From the IMG/VR virus record IMGVR_UViG_3300020084_000003, positions 1 through 64,000 of that record: a stretch of 64,000 nucleotides of DNA; one strand, written 5' to 3'. Position 1 is the first letter of the stretch. Each line of letters opens with the position of its first letter. Positions 1-9,913 of the stretch are shown one piece after another. The notes beneath the pieces are model-generated. The model was not told the origin of the DNA. It saw nothing but the letters and a program-made list of their open reading frames with translations, and made no database searches. A program made the translations under genes and the position numbers.

Positions 1-9
1 CATATTATT

Positions 10-282
10 TTAGAAGGAAGCTCCATTCAAGCTATTTCCACTATTCATACTTGGGACGGCCAAGTATGAAAGTGTTTCGGATTGTGTAAAATCAACAATT
101 ACTGGTCTAGCATTTGCTGATGGTGTTATAGTTGGACCTTCGGTTAAAGAATAAATTCTATATGGTGTATTATTTGAAAATCCAGTTATTGTGCTACCTT
201 GTGTAGCGTTTGGATAAAATCTTGCATTAGATATATCTCTATTTTCTTCGTCGTTAGACGGTATTAAAAAATACGGCATCAA
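10..282 (-). CDS. hypothetical protein
   Basis: 90-aa ORF co-oriented with and directly downstream of the 804-aa gene; a further ATG begins at position 3 and runs out of the window. Confidence 0.65.
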   Translation of the reverse strand: MMPYFLIPSNDEENRDISNARFYPNATQGSTITGFSNNTPYRIYSLTEGPTITPSANARPVIVDFTQSETLSYLAVPSMNSGNSLNGASF

Positions 283-292
283 TTCTCCTAAT

Positions 293-2707
293 TCAATTTA
301 ATTGTGGTGGTGTTGGTGGGGTCCATGTTGACCCATCAAGCCACCCTATAAAGTCTGATTCATCTCTCCCGGCTGGACCGGGAACTGTTCTATTGTATTG
401 GACTACTGCATTCCATCTTGGGTTATTATCACCAACATATCTTGTAGCACCCCAAATTCCATGTCTTCCCGGTCTAGTCATTTCAACGAATACGTTGAAG
501 AAAATGCCACCGGAATCCTTAAATCTTTTCATTATCTCTCGATATAGTTCACCCATCTGTTCAGAATAGTGGAATCTTACATAAAAATCAAATAATGATG
601 GATCGGCATCTATTGCAGCATGGTTTGGAACCACATGGCTACCACCTTCATACATTATCAATCCTAGACCAGCACTATCTGCCAGTTGTTTATTTCTGCG
701 CCAAATATCTTGAAGAGCATCAAAATCATTAATATCTTGCGATTTAATATATCTTGAACTCATGATTTGATCGCGCAATCTATTAAACACTTCTGTTTCA
801 CTATATTGTCTACGCCATTGCTTGATTACTTCAACATTTGCGGGATTGTTTAGACCGCCATCAAAATATCCTGTAACTGCGTAAAAATCATGATATTCTT
901 TTGGTGCTTTTCTACCGCCACCAAGAGCTACCCAATTAGGAGCATTCAACATACCTGAGTTTAAATCTACCCAACCGGTATGTGCGCTCAATACTGTGTA
1001 GAATTTCTTGTTAGAGTTTTTATACACATCTCGAATTATCATTGCCATTTCAGATGATCTTGCGCCGTAATATTGAACCCAAGCATCACCAACGTTATTT
1101 CCAAACAATTGCTGACCCATGCGATGAGCGTGGTGCGCTTGCTGGAACTGCCAATTCCAAACTTCATTTGAATATTCAAAATAAGGTCTTAGCTTTGGAT
1201 TTAATTGACTTTCCACATATGTTGCATACTTTCTGATATAGTCATCGGTAGCCAAATGTGGAATGTTGAACCAAGGATCAACGCCAATTTTATTACTTAG
1301 TGCAACCATTACTTCTACTGGAACACCAACTGCCCAAGTAAAATATGATGGTTTTGTTCTTGAATTCCAATCTGATTGAGTGGAATCATTTGTTGCTGCC
1401 CAATCCATGAATCGAACAACTCTAAAATCTTTAATCATATTCATCCATTGTGGTCTGAATATTTCGCCCCTGTCGTATATTTCACGCAAATCATTCTTGA
1501 CGCATTCAATATTTCTTATACCACCGGTGCCTCTTATTTGGTAAACATCTACTGTTACAATTCCGCCGCCATTTGCGACAAAATCAAATTCTTTCCAGTT
1601 TGAACCTGACGTAACGTTTCTAACATTTCCACCTACTCTTATATCAGCATCGCCGTCCCATGTCAAGCGATATCTTCCATTTATTGAAGTGTTGTCAGTA
1701 GCAATTTCACATAAAATGATAGCACTTACATGTGTGCAATCGCTCGGAACGGCAACTGGATAACCGTCGCTGTTCAAGAAACCATTATCTCTAAGATTGT
1801 TGAAGCTTCTTTGGCCGAAACTAGTTGCTGATCTACCTTCCCATCTTCTGCTACATTTCATTACGTTTATGAAAGGTTGTGCTGCTTCCCAATCTGCGAT
1901 ACCATTTAATCCTAATGCAACGGAAGGGCCAGAATTTGTTGAAACTGGTGGCTCTACTTGAACATTACCTTCACCCACAATAATTCCACCATTTGCAGCA
2001 TGTGCTTTAGGTGTTGACGGGAAAGGAGATGATTTAATGGTTGCTTCGTTATTAGAAACAGAAACATCCCACCCAAGGGCAGGTTCTTCCGGTTCTTCTG
2101 GTTCTACGGGAGGTTCTTCTTGATAATCACCTTCGCCTACAATAATTCCGCCATTTGCAGCATGTGCTTTTGGACTAGATGGGAAAGGTGAATTAAGAAT
2201 TTCTATTGAATTATCTTTAACAGATACATTCCAACCATTTGTCGGCTCTTCGGGATCGACAGGATCAACCGGGTCAACAGGTTCTTCTGGATCAATTGGA
2301 TCAACAGGTTCTTCTTTTTTCAGTATAATTGCTTGTGCCTCAAAAGTATAATCAGGTTCTATTGAATTAGAAGCTTTAACTACCCAAATCAAATCACCAT
2401 CTGTAGTTGAAGTATATTTTCCGTCTACAATTTCACTTGATATATCATGACCATCTATGTATAAGAACCCTTCGACTTTGATTGGTTGAGTGCCTGAATA
2501 CTCACCTAAATCTAATTCGTATACTGTTCCTACTTCTCCAATTGAAGGTCTTATTGATGGAATTTCAACAACTTTTGGTGCTACTTGTTCTGGTAACGGT
2601 TCTTCTTCTCCACTGTCCAAATCCTTTAGTGCAGTTTTAAACCATAATAAAAGAGCCTCTATGGCTTTAATAAAATCGTTTATCAGTTTTCTTATTTCAT
2701 TATTCAT
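293..2707 (-). CDS. modular protein: Ig-like region, Pro/Glu linkers, two repeats, C-terminal glycoside-hydrolase-like barrel
   Basis: 804 aa; PVDP/PEEP linkers; C-terminal motifs FEYSNEVWNW and MYEGGSH resemble clan GH-A acid/base and nucleophile segments. Confidence 0.6.
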   Translation of the reverse strand: MNNEIRKLINDFIKAIEALLLWFKTALKDLDSGEEEPLPEQVAPKVVEIPSIRPSIGEVGTVYELDLGEYSGTQPIKVEGFLYIDGHDISSEIVDGKYTSTTDGDLIWVVKASNSIEPDYTFEAQAIILKKEEPVDPIDPEEPVDPVDPVDPEEPTNGWNVSVKDNSIEILNSPFPSSPKAHAANGGIIVGEGDYQEEPPVEPEEPEEPALGWDVSVSNNEATIKSSPFPSTPKAHAANGGIIVGEGNVQVEPPVSTNSGPSVALGLNGIADWEAAQPFINVMKCSRRWEGRSATSFGQRSFNNLRDNGFLNSDGYPVAVPSDCTHVSAIILCEIATDNTSINGRYRLTWDGDADIRVGGNVRNVTSGSNWKEFDFVANGGGIVTVDVYQIRGTGGIRNIECVKNDLREIYDRGEIFRPQWMNMIKDFRVVRFMDWAATNDSTQSDWNSRTKPSYFTWAVGVPVEVMVALSNKIGVDPWFNIPHLATDDYIRKYATYVESQLNPKLRPYFEYSNEVWNWQFQQAHHAHRMGQQLFGNNVGDAWVQYYGARSSEMAMIIRDVYKNSNKKFYTVLSAHTGWVDLNSGMLNAPNWVALGGGRKAPKEYHDFYAVTGYFDGGLNNPANVEVIKQWRRQYSETEVFNRLRDQIMSSRYIKSQDINDFDALQDIWRRNKQLADSAGLGLIMYEGGSHVVPNHAAIDADPSLFDFYVRFHYSEQMGELYREIMKRFKDSGGIFFNVFVEMTRPGRHGIWGATRYVGDNNPRWNAVVQYNRTVPGPAGRDESDFIGWLDGSTWTPPTPPQLN

Positions 2708-2727
2708 TCGGGTGTCCTTTTAAAAAT

Positions 2728-2758
2728 AAAAACATGTCATGTATCATGACATGTTTTT
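2728..2758. terminator. symmetric hairpin, possible bidirectional intrinsic terminator
   Basis: AAAAACATGTCATG-TAT-CATGACATGTTTTT, 14-bp inverted repeat with T runs on both strands. Confidence 0.55.
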
Positions 2759-2986
2759 TAGTGTTCGAAAAAGAGTTTGAGAGGACACTTTGTCTAGTTT
2801 ATCTTCGTTTGTTTCTAAAAATTCTTTTGGAACCACAAAAGTATCTTTTTTGAACCATGAACTCTTGATACCTAGCTCACTTGCCATTCTCTTCATATTC
2901 TCAATTGAATATGGATGGCAAATGATGTTTTCTTTTCCATCTGTTAGAAACAGAATTTCTTCTACAGACTTTTCTTTTGTCATCAT
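2744..2986 (-). CDS. small phage protein (DUF4031-like)
   Basis: ICHPYSIENMKRMASELGIKSSWF motif; SD GGAG upstream. Confidence 0.55.
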   Translation of the reverse strand: MMTKEKSVEEILFLTDGKENIICHPYSIENMKRMASELGIKSSWFKKDTFVVPKEFLETNEDKLDKVSSQTLFRTLKNMS

Positions 2987-3001
2987 TTATACTCTCCATT
3001 A

Positions 3002-3030
3002 TTGACTTATATTTTATATTGTGATATTAT
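3002..3030 (+). promoter_or_regulatory. sigma70-type promoter
   Basis: TTGACT-17-TATTAT upstream of the ORF at 3054. Confidence 0.6.
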
Positions 3031-3053
3031 GTATTTTTACGAAAGGAAATGTT

Positions 3054-3341
3054 ATGAGCTTTTTATACGTCATAGGCAACAATACAAATAGACAGAAGAT
3101 CGGTTTCAGTAAAGATGTTAGTAAAAGACTAAAGCAGTTACAAACTGGAAATCCCGATGAGCTATTTGTTCATTACAAAATAGAATGTTCCACTGACAAA
3201 ACCAGACAACTTGAAAAGAAAATCCATTTAGAACTTTCATACAAGAGACTGTCTGGCGAGTGGTTTAATATGACACCTGATGAAGCTAAAAACTACTTAG
3301 AATTTGCAAGAATTACTTGGTTAGATAAAATTATCATCTAA
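3054..3341 (+). CDS. GIY-YIG nuclease, T5orf172/MUG113 type
   Basis: LYVIG..KIGFS..KRLKQLQTGNP..LEKKIH..GEWF; start moved to the ATG after SD AAGGA. Confidence 0.8.
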   Translation: MSFLYVIGNNTNRQKIGFSKDVSKRLKQLQTGNPDELFVHYKIECSTDKTRQLEKKIHLELSYKRLSGEWFNMTPDEAKNYLEFARITWLDKIII

Positions 3342-3734
3342 ATCGTAATCAAATTTTTGCTTTACGCTTTCTTTAAAAACTTCTTTAAACTCTCGCTTCG
3401 CTTCGTCAGTCCAGCCATATGACGGCCATTTAGAATACCTTTTTTGTGTAACTGTCTTAGCAATAGCATCGAAGAAATTTTCGCGCAAAAGAGTGTCGCC
3501 ACTAATCCCACGTGCATAATCTTTTCTATCTCCCCATCTATACCATTCACCGTAAACTTCGCTAGTAATTATATTATCTGATGCAACAAAATCAACCAGC
3601 TTTTGAAAATCTACTTCAATGATTTCTTGAAGTTCAACCGCCGCAGATAGAACGAAAACCTTTAACGGGTCTATCATTACATCCTCGTTTATCTCATTCA
3701 CATCGACAAAATGATATTCCATAATTAACTCCAT
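3321..3734 (-). CDS. hypothetical protein
   Basis: 137-aa ORF overlapping the deaminase stop; last gene of the minus-strand operon. Confidence 0.7.
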   Translation of the reverse strand: MELIMEYHFVDVNEINEDVMIDPLKVFVLSAAVELQEIIEVDFQKLVDFVASDNIITSEVYGEWYRWGDRKDYARGISGDTLLRENFFDAIAKTVTQKRYSKWPSYGWTDEAKREFKEVFKESVKQKFDYDLDDNFI

Positions 3735-4153
3735 TCACTAAACGTATAGGACAGGTTGAAAGTTTCGGTGTTATTCGTATAATATACATTTTTAATACCA
3801 TGAGCGGAAATACACTTAGAGCAACCAGAGCAAGGTTTGGCGATACCAAACGTATCTTTCTTTCGCGTAACATCCTTTTTGACCCTGCAAATGTAGATCG
3901 AAGACTTGGAAAGCTCCGCTGCACTTAGACGTTTCTTAGCCTTGTTGATAGCATCAACTTCGGCATGAAGATACACCGCATGGTCGTTTTTCTTATACTC
4001 ATTCTGAAAAGGATGAGTTTTGTATTGCGACATACCAATAGCCACAATACGCTTTTTATAAACAATACAGGCAACTACTTTAGCCTTGCTCACTGGCTCA
4101 AGGTCTTTAGCTACATCCGCCAAGACTTCAAAATAGCGATTGTTCCTGCACAT
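3725..4153 (-). CDS. zinc-dependent cytidine/nucleotide deaminase-fold protein
   Basis: HAEVDAI and PCSGC zinc motifs; start placed at MCRNN after SD AAGGG. Confidence 0.8.
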   Translation of the reverse strand: MCRNNRYFEVLADVAKDLEPVSKAKVVACIVYKKRIVAIGMSQYKTHPFQNEYKKNDHAVYLHAEVDAINKAKKRLSAAELSKSSIYICRVKKDVTRKKDTFGIAKPCSGCSKCISAHGIKNVYYTNNTETFNLSYTFSEWS

Positions 4154-4205
4154 GAAAATACCCTTCTGTTGTGATACATTCTTATACACCACAACAGAAG
4201 AGTTG

Positions 4206-5102
4206 TCAATAGTAACCGTGCTTGTTCAGCAAAGAAATCATTTCTTTTGCTAAATGATCGCCCTCTCTGTTCAGCACTACAGCAGCATCCATACTCCCGT
4301 AATGCATTTCTAGACATTCTAGAAGAACTCTCTTGATAGCATCTTCATCTGGCTTGTTTTGAAGAGTTGATTTTGAATACAATTCTTCAAGCGCACGTTC
4401 CTTATCATTGAACCATTGATTAATTTTTTCAAAGGACCATTCACCACGACGAACAGACTTCAAAATCTCCGAGTTTGCTTCAATATCAAGATCATGATTA
4501 ATCAAGATATATTCTGCCTCAAGTGCCAAGCGAACGATGTGATATGCAAATTTAACGTCAAAACCAAATTTATCAATAGATTCTTGACGCTTTGGGTTGG
4601 AAGAGTTTGATTTACTTTCAATCTTTTTCAACTGTGAATATGCATATCCACGGAATTTGTGGTATGAACCCTTGTGCAAAAACATCTTGCGACGATCCCT
4701 GACGTGCTGTGCAATTTTACTTGCAAACAACACACAGCGTTGCGGAACGAAAAGAGTGTCCACCATGTTTGGGTTGTTATCCATACATAGATCAAAGAAC
4801 TTGACAATGCTGTAAATAGTAAAGTCATATTCTTGATTTTTGTCTTTATCAAAAACATGGTGTTGCTGAAATTGCTCAAACCTTTGTTTTTGCTGACCAA
4901 AACCCGGAATATCGCCCGCTAGATGCGGAAAGATCAACTCCTTCGGAGGAATGCAAAATCCAACTACGTCCATGTCTGACGTGTCACTAGAAACCGCATA
5001 TGCAGTAGAACCAGTGATAACTTCATAATGAACATTGTCAGGTAGCCATTTTGGAGGATGGATTAATCCTTTTTTGCTTGTTTCACTGATTCTAGATGCC
5101 AT
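4206..5102 (-). CDS. Pol-beta superfamily nucleotidyltransferase (NrdC.11/RlaP-like)
   Basis: GSTAYAVSSDTSDMD signature, NNPN motif, YDVK-like FDVKFAYHIVRL helix. Confidence 0.85.
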   Translation of the reverse strand: MASRISETSKKGLIHPPKWLPDNVHYEVITGSTAYAVSSDTSDMDVVGFCIPPKELIFPHLAGDIPGFGQQKQRFEQFQQHHVFDKDKNQEYDFTIYSIVKFFDLCMDNNPNMVDTLFVPQRCVLFASKIAQHVRDRRKMFLHKGSYHKFRGYAYSQLKKIESKSNSSNPKRQESIDKFGFDVKFAYHIVRLALEAEYILINHDLDIEANSEILKSVRRGEWSFEKINQWFNDKERALEELYSKSTLQNKPDEDAIKRVLLECLEMHYGSMDAAVVLNREGDHLAKEMISLLNKHGYY

Positions 5103-5108
5103 GATATA

Positions 5109-5294
5109 TTATCCTTCTTTAAAGTGTTCTTCTAAAACTTTGATTACTTCACTAGTGTTTGTATTAAACATTGCTAGAATAATGGCGTAATTTACACCTA
5201 GTTCCACCAACCGTTCTTTTTCTTCGTCAGTAACTTCAATGGTGAAAGTAGCTGACCCATCTTCATGTTCCTCTACATTTTCTACTACGCTCAT
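5109..5294 (-). CDS. hypothetical protein
   Basis: 61-aa ORF in tight operon spacing. Confidence 0.65.
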   Translation of the reverse strand: MSVVENVEEHEDGSATFTIEVTDEEKERLVELGVNYAIILAMFNTNTSEVIKVLEEHFKEG

Positions 5295-5638
5295 AATTTA
5301 TTCCTTTCGATGAAAGATTTCAGTTTAAGTGCAAAGTGTTCTTCTCGTTCTTTTTTTGACCCATTTTGTAAAATAAGCCAATCTTTCTTTTCTAGTTTCT
5401 CTCCTGTCAAAGTTTCGTAACATACACCTGTATGAGTAGCAATAGCATGAGGGGCAAACCCCAAAAATTTTTCTAGTTCATAATCATAAAATGTCGTGGC
5501 AGTGAAATTGATAAGAGGCTTAACTTTTTTCTTATGACATTGTGTCGGACCCATTACAACCACTTCACCCGGAATCATTTTTGAAGCTTCAATGTAGCCT
5601 TCTTCTACTGACATTAATTTCATCAAAATAATTACCAA
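5291..5638 (-). CDS. hypothetical protein
   Basis: 115-aa ORF overlapping both neighbours. Confidence 0.6.
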   Translation of the reverse strand: MVIILMKLMSVEEGYIEASKMIPGEVVVMGPTQCHKKKVKPLINFTATTFYDYELEKFLGFAPHAIATHTGVCYETLTGEKLEKKDWLILQNGSKKEREEHFALKLKSFIERNKL

Positions 5639-6177
5639 GTTTTAGGAACAAGAACTCGAAACTCACTTTGCTTCTGGTTCATTAAAGGTTTATATGTATC
5701 TACCAGTCTTTGATGAGACTTTCCAGACAAAACGATATCATCATAAAATTCGTTCGCTTCTGTAAAATCTACCACTTTGCCATGCTTGGCAATCTGAATG
5801 CCGAACATCAAAATTCTTATAGAATGCCACATAGACTTTCGCCCAATATAGTCGTCACCTTGAGCCATCTTCTTTTTTGCCTTCACCCAACTGTTGGATA
5901 CAACAGCAGAGATTGAACGGCGAAGTTTCTCACTATCTACTACGAATTTAAAATCATTCTGAACAGCATCAGAATGAGAGTAAACTTCTATAGCAGCAAT
6001 ATCGTGATTGTCAAGCATCTCTTGGAAATGATAACTACCAACATCGTGATAATCAGAACCATCAACAATCTTGTTTTTATATCCAGATGTTCCAAAAGAA
6101 ATCATATAGAAATCTTTGTCAGAATTTTCTGTGGTCTTACCGTAAACTTGACTGCCAAACGGCACTACAATGAACAT
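5632..6177 (-). CDS. Pol-beta superfamily nucleotidyltransferase (minimal)
   Basis: FGSQVYGKTTENSDKD signature. Confidence 0.8.
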   Translation of the reverse strand: MFIVVPFGSQVYGKTTENSDKDFYMISFGTSGYKNKIVDGSDYHDVGSYHFQEMLDNHDIAAIEVYSHSDAVQNDFKFVVDSEKLRRSISAVVSNSWVKAKKKMAQGDDYIGRKSMWHSIRILMFGIQIAKHGKVVDFTEANEFYDDIVLSGKSHQRLVDTYKPLMNQKQSEFRVLVPKTW

Positions 6178-6186
6178 GTCAATCTC

Positions 6187-6444
6187 CTATACTTCACGCG
6201 ATCCCTTAAAATCAGTTTCGTCTACCAAAGTGATATCCGAATCAGTCTCTATGTAAGCTTTCGCTCCACATGCGAGTCCACTAGGGTTGTATACCATCTT
6301 GCAAGGCCCGTCAATAGAAATCTCATTGGCGTAGCGAGCTTTTGTGTAACCCTTTGACTTAACAGTATAAACAGGACGATTTTTGCCGTCCTGTTTGTTC
6401 ATTGCAATATTTTGTCTGTTCACGTGGATGATATGTTTAGACAT
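6187..6444 (-). CDS. conserved phage hypothetical protein
   Basis: IHVNRQNI..L.CGAKAYIET pattern; operon spacing after gp52. Confidence 0.65.
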   Translation of the reverse strand: MSKHIIHVNRQNIAMNKQDGKNRPVYTVKSKGYTKARYANEISIDGPCKMVYNPSGLACGAKAYIETDSDITLVDETDFKGSREV

Positions 6445-6445
6445 T

Positions 6446-7765
6446 TTATAGTCCTTTCAAATCAGATAGATATTGCTCTTCAACCGTTGTATCTTTCCAG
6501 AATTTAAGAGTTTCACTAGATGCAAGTATCTCGGAAGCTAGTTCTGAAACCATCTCAGATGTAAGGCTGATAATGTTTGTTCTTAGAAGCTTGTCAATAT
6601 CTTCTTCCTTAACACCCTTGACTTCTTTCATGATTTGTGCAGCTACATCATCCTTTGTCTTGTTCTTGAACTTGATCTTATCATCCAAAACTGCCATGAT
6701 GAAATACATCTTGACTTTCTTCCAACGCATTTCTTCTGAAATTTCAGAAACCTTGGTATCAATGCGCTTTTGAAGGATGGTCTTCTTATACTCACAGAAA
6801 TCTTTAATCAATTCCTTAACATCATCATAGACCTTTAGCTTGCCTTCATGATTGATTACAGTGATGTTTTCAGTCTCAGTTGTTTGAAGTTTCAATTCTT
6901 TGATGATTCGCTCATCACTCCAACCACCATTCGCCTGCTTCAACTTGACTTCAAAACGAAAACCTGATTTATCACACTTATCAACATATGACATGATTAC
7001 GCCATCGTCTTCAAGCTTGTTCAATACGTTAACAAATTTCTCACGGTCGTATCCATAAGGAACCTCTGTCACCGTAAACTCTGTCTTGTTTTTTCTAACA
7101 ATCTTTCCAGTAATGTATAGTCGCCCATCATCACCAAATTCTGCCGTTCCGTTAAATTGCGGAAACTTGACCCTCGGCGTAGTCTTGATCTTTCCAGTTT
7201 TGATATATTCAGCACATGCTTTCGCCACTTCTTTTTCATCGCGAGGAAGAATGTTTGTGGCAAACCCTGTAGCAATACCTTTTGCTCCATTAATCAAAAC
7301 CATAGGAATGATAGGGACATAGAACGTAGGAGGCAAATGCTCTGGATCATAATGGACCGGAGATAGATCAAAGTCAGTGTAATATTTGTAGAAATTTTCA
7401 TGCAATCTAGTGTAAGTATAGCGCGGCGCACCAGCCTCTTGAACAAGACGGGAACCAAAGCTACCTTCACTCTCAATAATAACTACATTGTTATACCAAT
7501 CTGCTGCCATTAGCTGACCGGCACCGGCACATGAAGTCTCACCATGATTGTATCCATATTTCGATACAACACCAGAAATTGCACTTACTTTCTCAAATAT
7601 TTTCTTTGAGTTTACAATTGATGAATATAGATAAAACCTTTGAACCGGTTTCAAACCATCAATCATGTTGGGAATTGCGCGAGATTCAACTGTATAAAGA
7701 GCGAAGTTTTTCCACTCTTTATTAGCCAATTCTACAATATCATATATTTTATCTGCACTTGTCAT
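6446..7765 (-). CDS. gp52: DNA topoisomerase II medium subunit
   Basis: RAIPNMIDGLKPVQR, YNHGE, catalytic AGAPRYT, NGAKGIATG. Confidence 0.97.
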   Translation of the reverse strand: MTSADKIYDIVELANKEWKNFALYTVESRAIPNMIDGLKPVQRFYLYSSIVNSKKIFEKVSAISGVVSKYGYNHGETSCAGAGQLMAADWYNNVVIIESEGSFGSRLVQEAGAPRYTYTRLHENFYKYYTDFDLSPVHYDPEHLPPTFYVPIIPMVLINGAKGIATGFATNILPRDEKEVAKACAEYIKTGKIKTTPRVKFPQFNGTAEFGDDGRLYITGKIVRKNKTEFTVTEVPYGYDREKFVNVLNKLEDDGVIMSYVDKCDKSGFRFEVKLKQANGGWSDERIIKELKLQTTETENITVINHEGKLKVYDDVKELIKDFCEYKKTILQKRIDTKVSEISEEMRWKKVKMYFIMAVLDDKIKFKNKTKDDVAAQIMKEVKGVKEEDIDKLLRTNIISLTSEMVSELASEILASSETLKFWKDTTVEEQYLSDLKGL

Positions 7766-9615
7766 TTAAACATAAACTCCTTGCGAACATCTGCATTATT
7801 ACCAAACATCATCTCTAGAAGAGATGGATCACTCACCGCAAGCGTGTCTAGTGTAGGCTTGTTAATCACCACATCATACTCCTTCTCTCGCAAAGACGCA
7901 AGACCTTTGATATAACGATGAGTATATCCTTTTGAATCAGTTTTAAACTCATTTGCGCTATCATAGGAATAGAACCACTTGGTATCTTTCCCATTTGTAG
8001 AAATCATGATTGGCGTTCTAGTCAGCTTTAATCTACCATCTTTCACCATACCCGGCCAGAATTTATAAAAGAAACCTAGAAGCAAGGTTGCAATCTTCTC
8101 ACCATCATGGTCTGCGTCTGACAAAATAGCCACATTCTGGTATGTCATATTTTTATATGAATTGGGGTCATTAATATTCAAACCAAGGATATTGATTAGG
8201 TCGCTAAACTCTTTGTTTGCCAGAACCTTTGCAGGGGTTTCTGTCCAAGCATTAAGAGAAACACCGCGAAGCGGGAAGAACCCTGTAGTATCTGGATTTC
8301 TGATCTTAATGCCAAAGCCTAGAGCCGAATCACCCTCTACCAAGAATAGAGTTGCATTTTTTCCACTTGCAGCAATGTGCTTGGCTACTTTTACCTTTTT
8401 AAGTTTCTTTTGTGCAATAGCTGCTTCACGTGCAGCTTCCGCTTCTTTTTTGTTAAGTTGAGCTTCAACAATGGGACCAATAACGTCTTCCATGTCCATG
8501 ATCTTCTTTGCGATATACTTGAAGTCGTATTTAAAAGACTTCTGGAAGTGGTCACGCACCTGTGTCATAGTATTGGTCAGGCGTTCTTTGGTTTGAGAAT
8601 CATACTTTGGATTGACGAAATTTCTTGCGAAAATTACAAAGGTGATGCCATTCTTGATAGTCGATTTGGATACTTCCACTTTATACTTGCGCTTAATCAT
8701 GGCAGTCATTTCATCAATAGTGCCATTAATGACATAATCGACGTATGCGCCACCAAGACGAGTATTCACACCGTTGATGAAGCAATTTTGACGGAAACCA
8801 TCTTCTGAGCCAGTAATGAGGAATGAAACATCATCAGTTGATGAGACAAATTGACTTCCGCCTTCTGGACCAAATTTTTCAGCATAAGCTTTGAATGTGG
8901 TGACACCATCGAAGAAATCTTTTTTACCGTTGAAAGTAAACTTTATTTCAGGGAAACACATTGAAAGGGAAATTAGTCGATCTTTAAGAAGACGAATGGT
9001 ATCAAAATCATTAATTGAATTGCATTCCATAAGATCATAGTCAGGAATAAATGAAACCTGTGTTCCGTTTCCTGCTTTGGTTGATTTTGTAGTTTTAATA
9101 TTAAGGCCACCATCAGAACATTTTACTGTCACCGACTGACCATCTCTCCAAGTTTTTCCTACAAAAGTTTTCGACATGAAGTTTGTGCATGAGCTACCTA
9201 CACCGTTAGCACCGATTGTTGTTCTTTCGTCATCAAAAGACGTGCCAGCATTAACGCGGGTCCATGCTGCTTCTGGACGCAATAGTTTTACGCCATTAGA
9301 ATCTACAACTTCATCTTGTGGAATACCGCGACCATTATCTGTAATGGTTATCTCTTCGCCATCAATGGAAACATCAATCTTATTCGCAAATTTAAATTGT
9401 GTTCTAATTGCTTCATCGACAGAGTTATCTAAAATTTCTGATATGATTTTCAGAACTGCTGGAACATATGTTACCTTCTCGTATTTTCCTAGAACAAAAC
9501 CTTCAATTGTTTCTTTGGAAACAGAACCTACATACATTCCCGGTCTTTTCCTCACATGCTCACGTGGGGATAAGATTTCGAATTTTTCTTTACTCATTAG
9601 AGTTTCCTTCTTCAT
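7762..9615 (-). CDS. gp39: DNA topoisomerase II large subunit (gp39+gp60 fused)
   Basis: HVRKRPGMYVGS, EILDNSVDE, GANGVGS ATP lid, TOPRIM EGDSA and DADHDG, YIKGLAS. Confidence 0.97.
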   Translation of the reverse strand: MKKETLMSKEKFEILSPREHVRKRPGMYVGSVSKETIEGFVLGKYEKVTYVPAVLKIISEILDNSVDEAIRTQFKFANKIDVSIDGEEITITDNGRGIPQDEVVDSNGVKLLRPEAAWTRVNAGTSFDDERTTIGANGVGSSCTNFMSKTFVGKTWRDGQSVTVKCSDGGLNIKTTKSTKAGNGTQVSFIPDYDLMECNSINDFDTIRLLKDRLISLSMCFPEIKFTFNGKKDFFDGVTTFKAYAEKFGPEGGSQFVSSTDDVSFLITGSEDGFRQNCFINGVNTRLGGAYVDYVINGTIDEMTAMIKRKYKVEVSKSTIKNGITFVIFARNFVNPKYDSQTKERLTNTMTQVRDHFQKSFKYDFKYIAKKIMDMEDVIGPIVEAQLNKKEAEAAREAAIAQKKLKKVKVAKHIAASGKNATLFLVEGDSALGFGIKIRNPDTTGFFPLRGVSLNAWTETPAKVLANKEFSDLINILGLNINDPNSYKNMTYQNVAILSDADHDGEKIATLLLGFFYKFWPGMVKDGRLKLTRTPIMISTNGKDTKWFYSYDSANEFKTDSKGYTHRYIKGLASLREKEYDVVINKPTLDTLAVSDPSLLEMMFGNNADVRKEFMFK

Positions 9616-9645
9616 ATTTTACTTGTGATTCTCAAAACAGCCTTC

Positions 9646-9674
9646 ATCATACACGATGTGCATGATGTTGTCAA
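9646..9674 (-). promoter_or_regulatory. sigma70-type promoter of the topoisomerase operon
   Basis: TTGACA-17-TATGAT on the minus strand. Confidence 0.7.
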
Positions 9675-9700
9675 CCATGTTATAACAGTAATAAATGAAA

Positions 9701-9900
9701 AAGAATCATAAGATTCTATAACGACTCTATAGAATCTAACAGAATCAAATAATTATGACGGGCGAAGCCCGAAAACGCGAAGCGTTTTTCATTACTTTAC
9801 AGAATCTTACGACTCTATAAGACTCATTAAGAATCATAAGATTCTATACATAATACTAGACTCTATAGTAATATTAGTATTATGATTCTTTATGATTCTT
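9701..9900. repeat. iteron-like direct/inverted repeats with tandem GCGAAGC mini-hairpins; candidate replication origin
   Basis: AAGAATCATAAGATTCTATA at 9701 and 9829; ACGACTCTATA at 9721 and 9809; inverted TATGATTCTT twice at 9881-9900; hairpins 9759-9771 and 9772-9788. Confidence 0.65.
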
Positions 9901-9913
9901 AGGGATTATAAAT

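Noticed and set aside
2728-2758. Palindrome as a repressor operator shared with TGACATG at 18691 and 18709
   Set aside because: The match is short, overlaps the -35 consensus, and the palindrome has terminator-like T runs
7762-9615. gp39-gp60 fusion as a novelty
   Set aside because: The fused form is the usual state in T4-like phages; the split T4 gene is the exception
9701-9900. CRISPR or mini-CRISPR array
   Set aside because: Repeats vary in length and orientation, there are no regular unique spacers, and there are no cas genes
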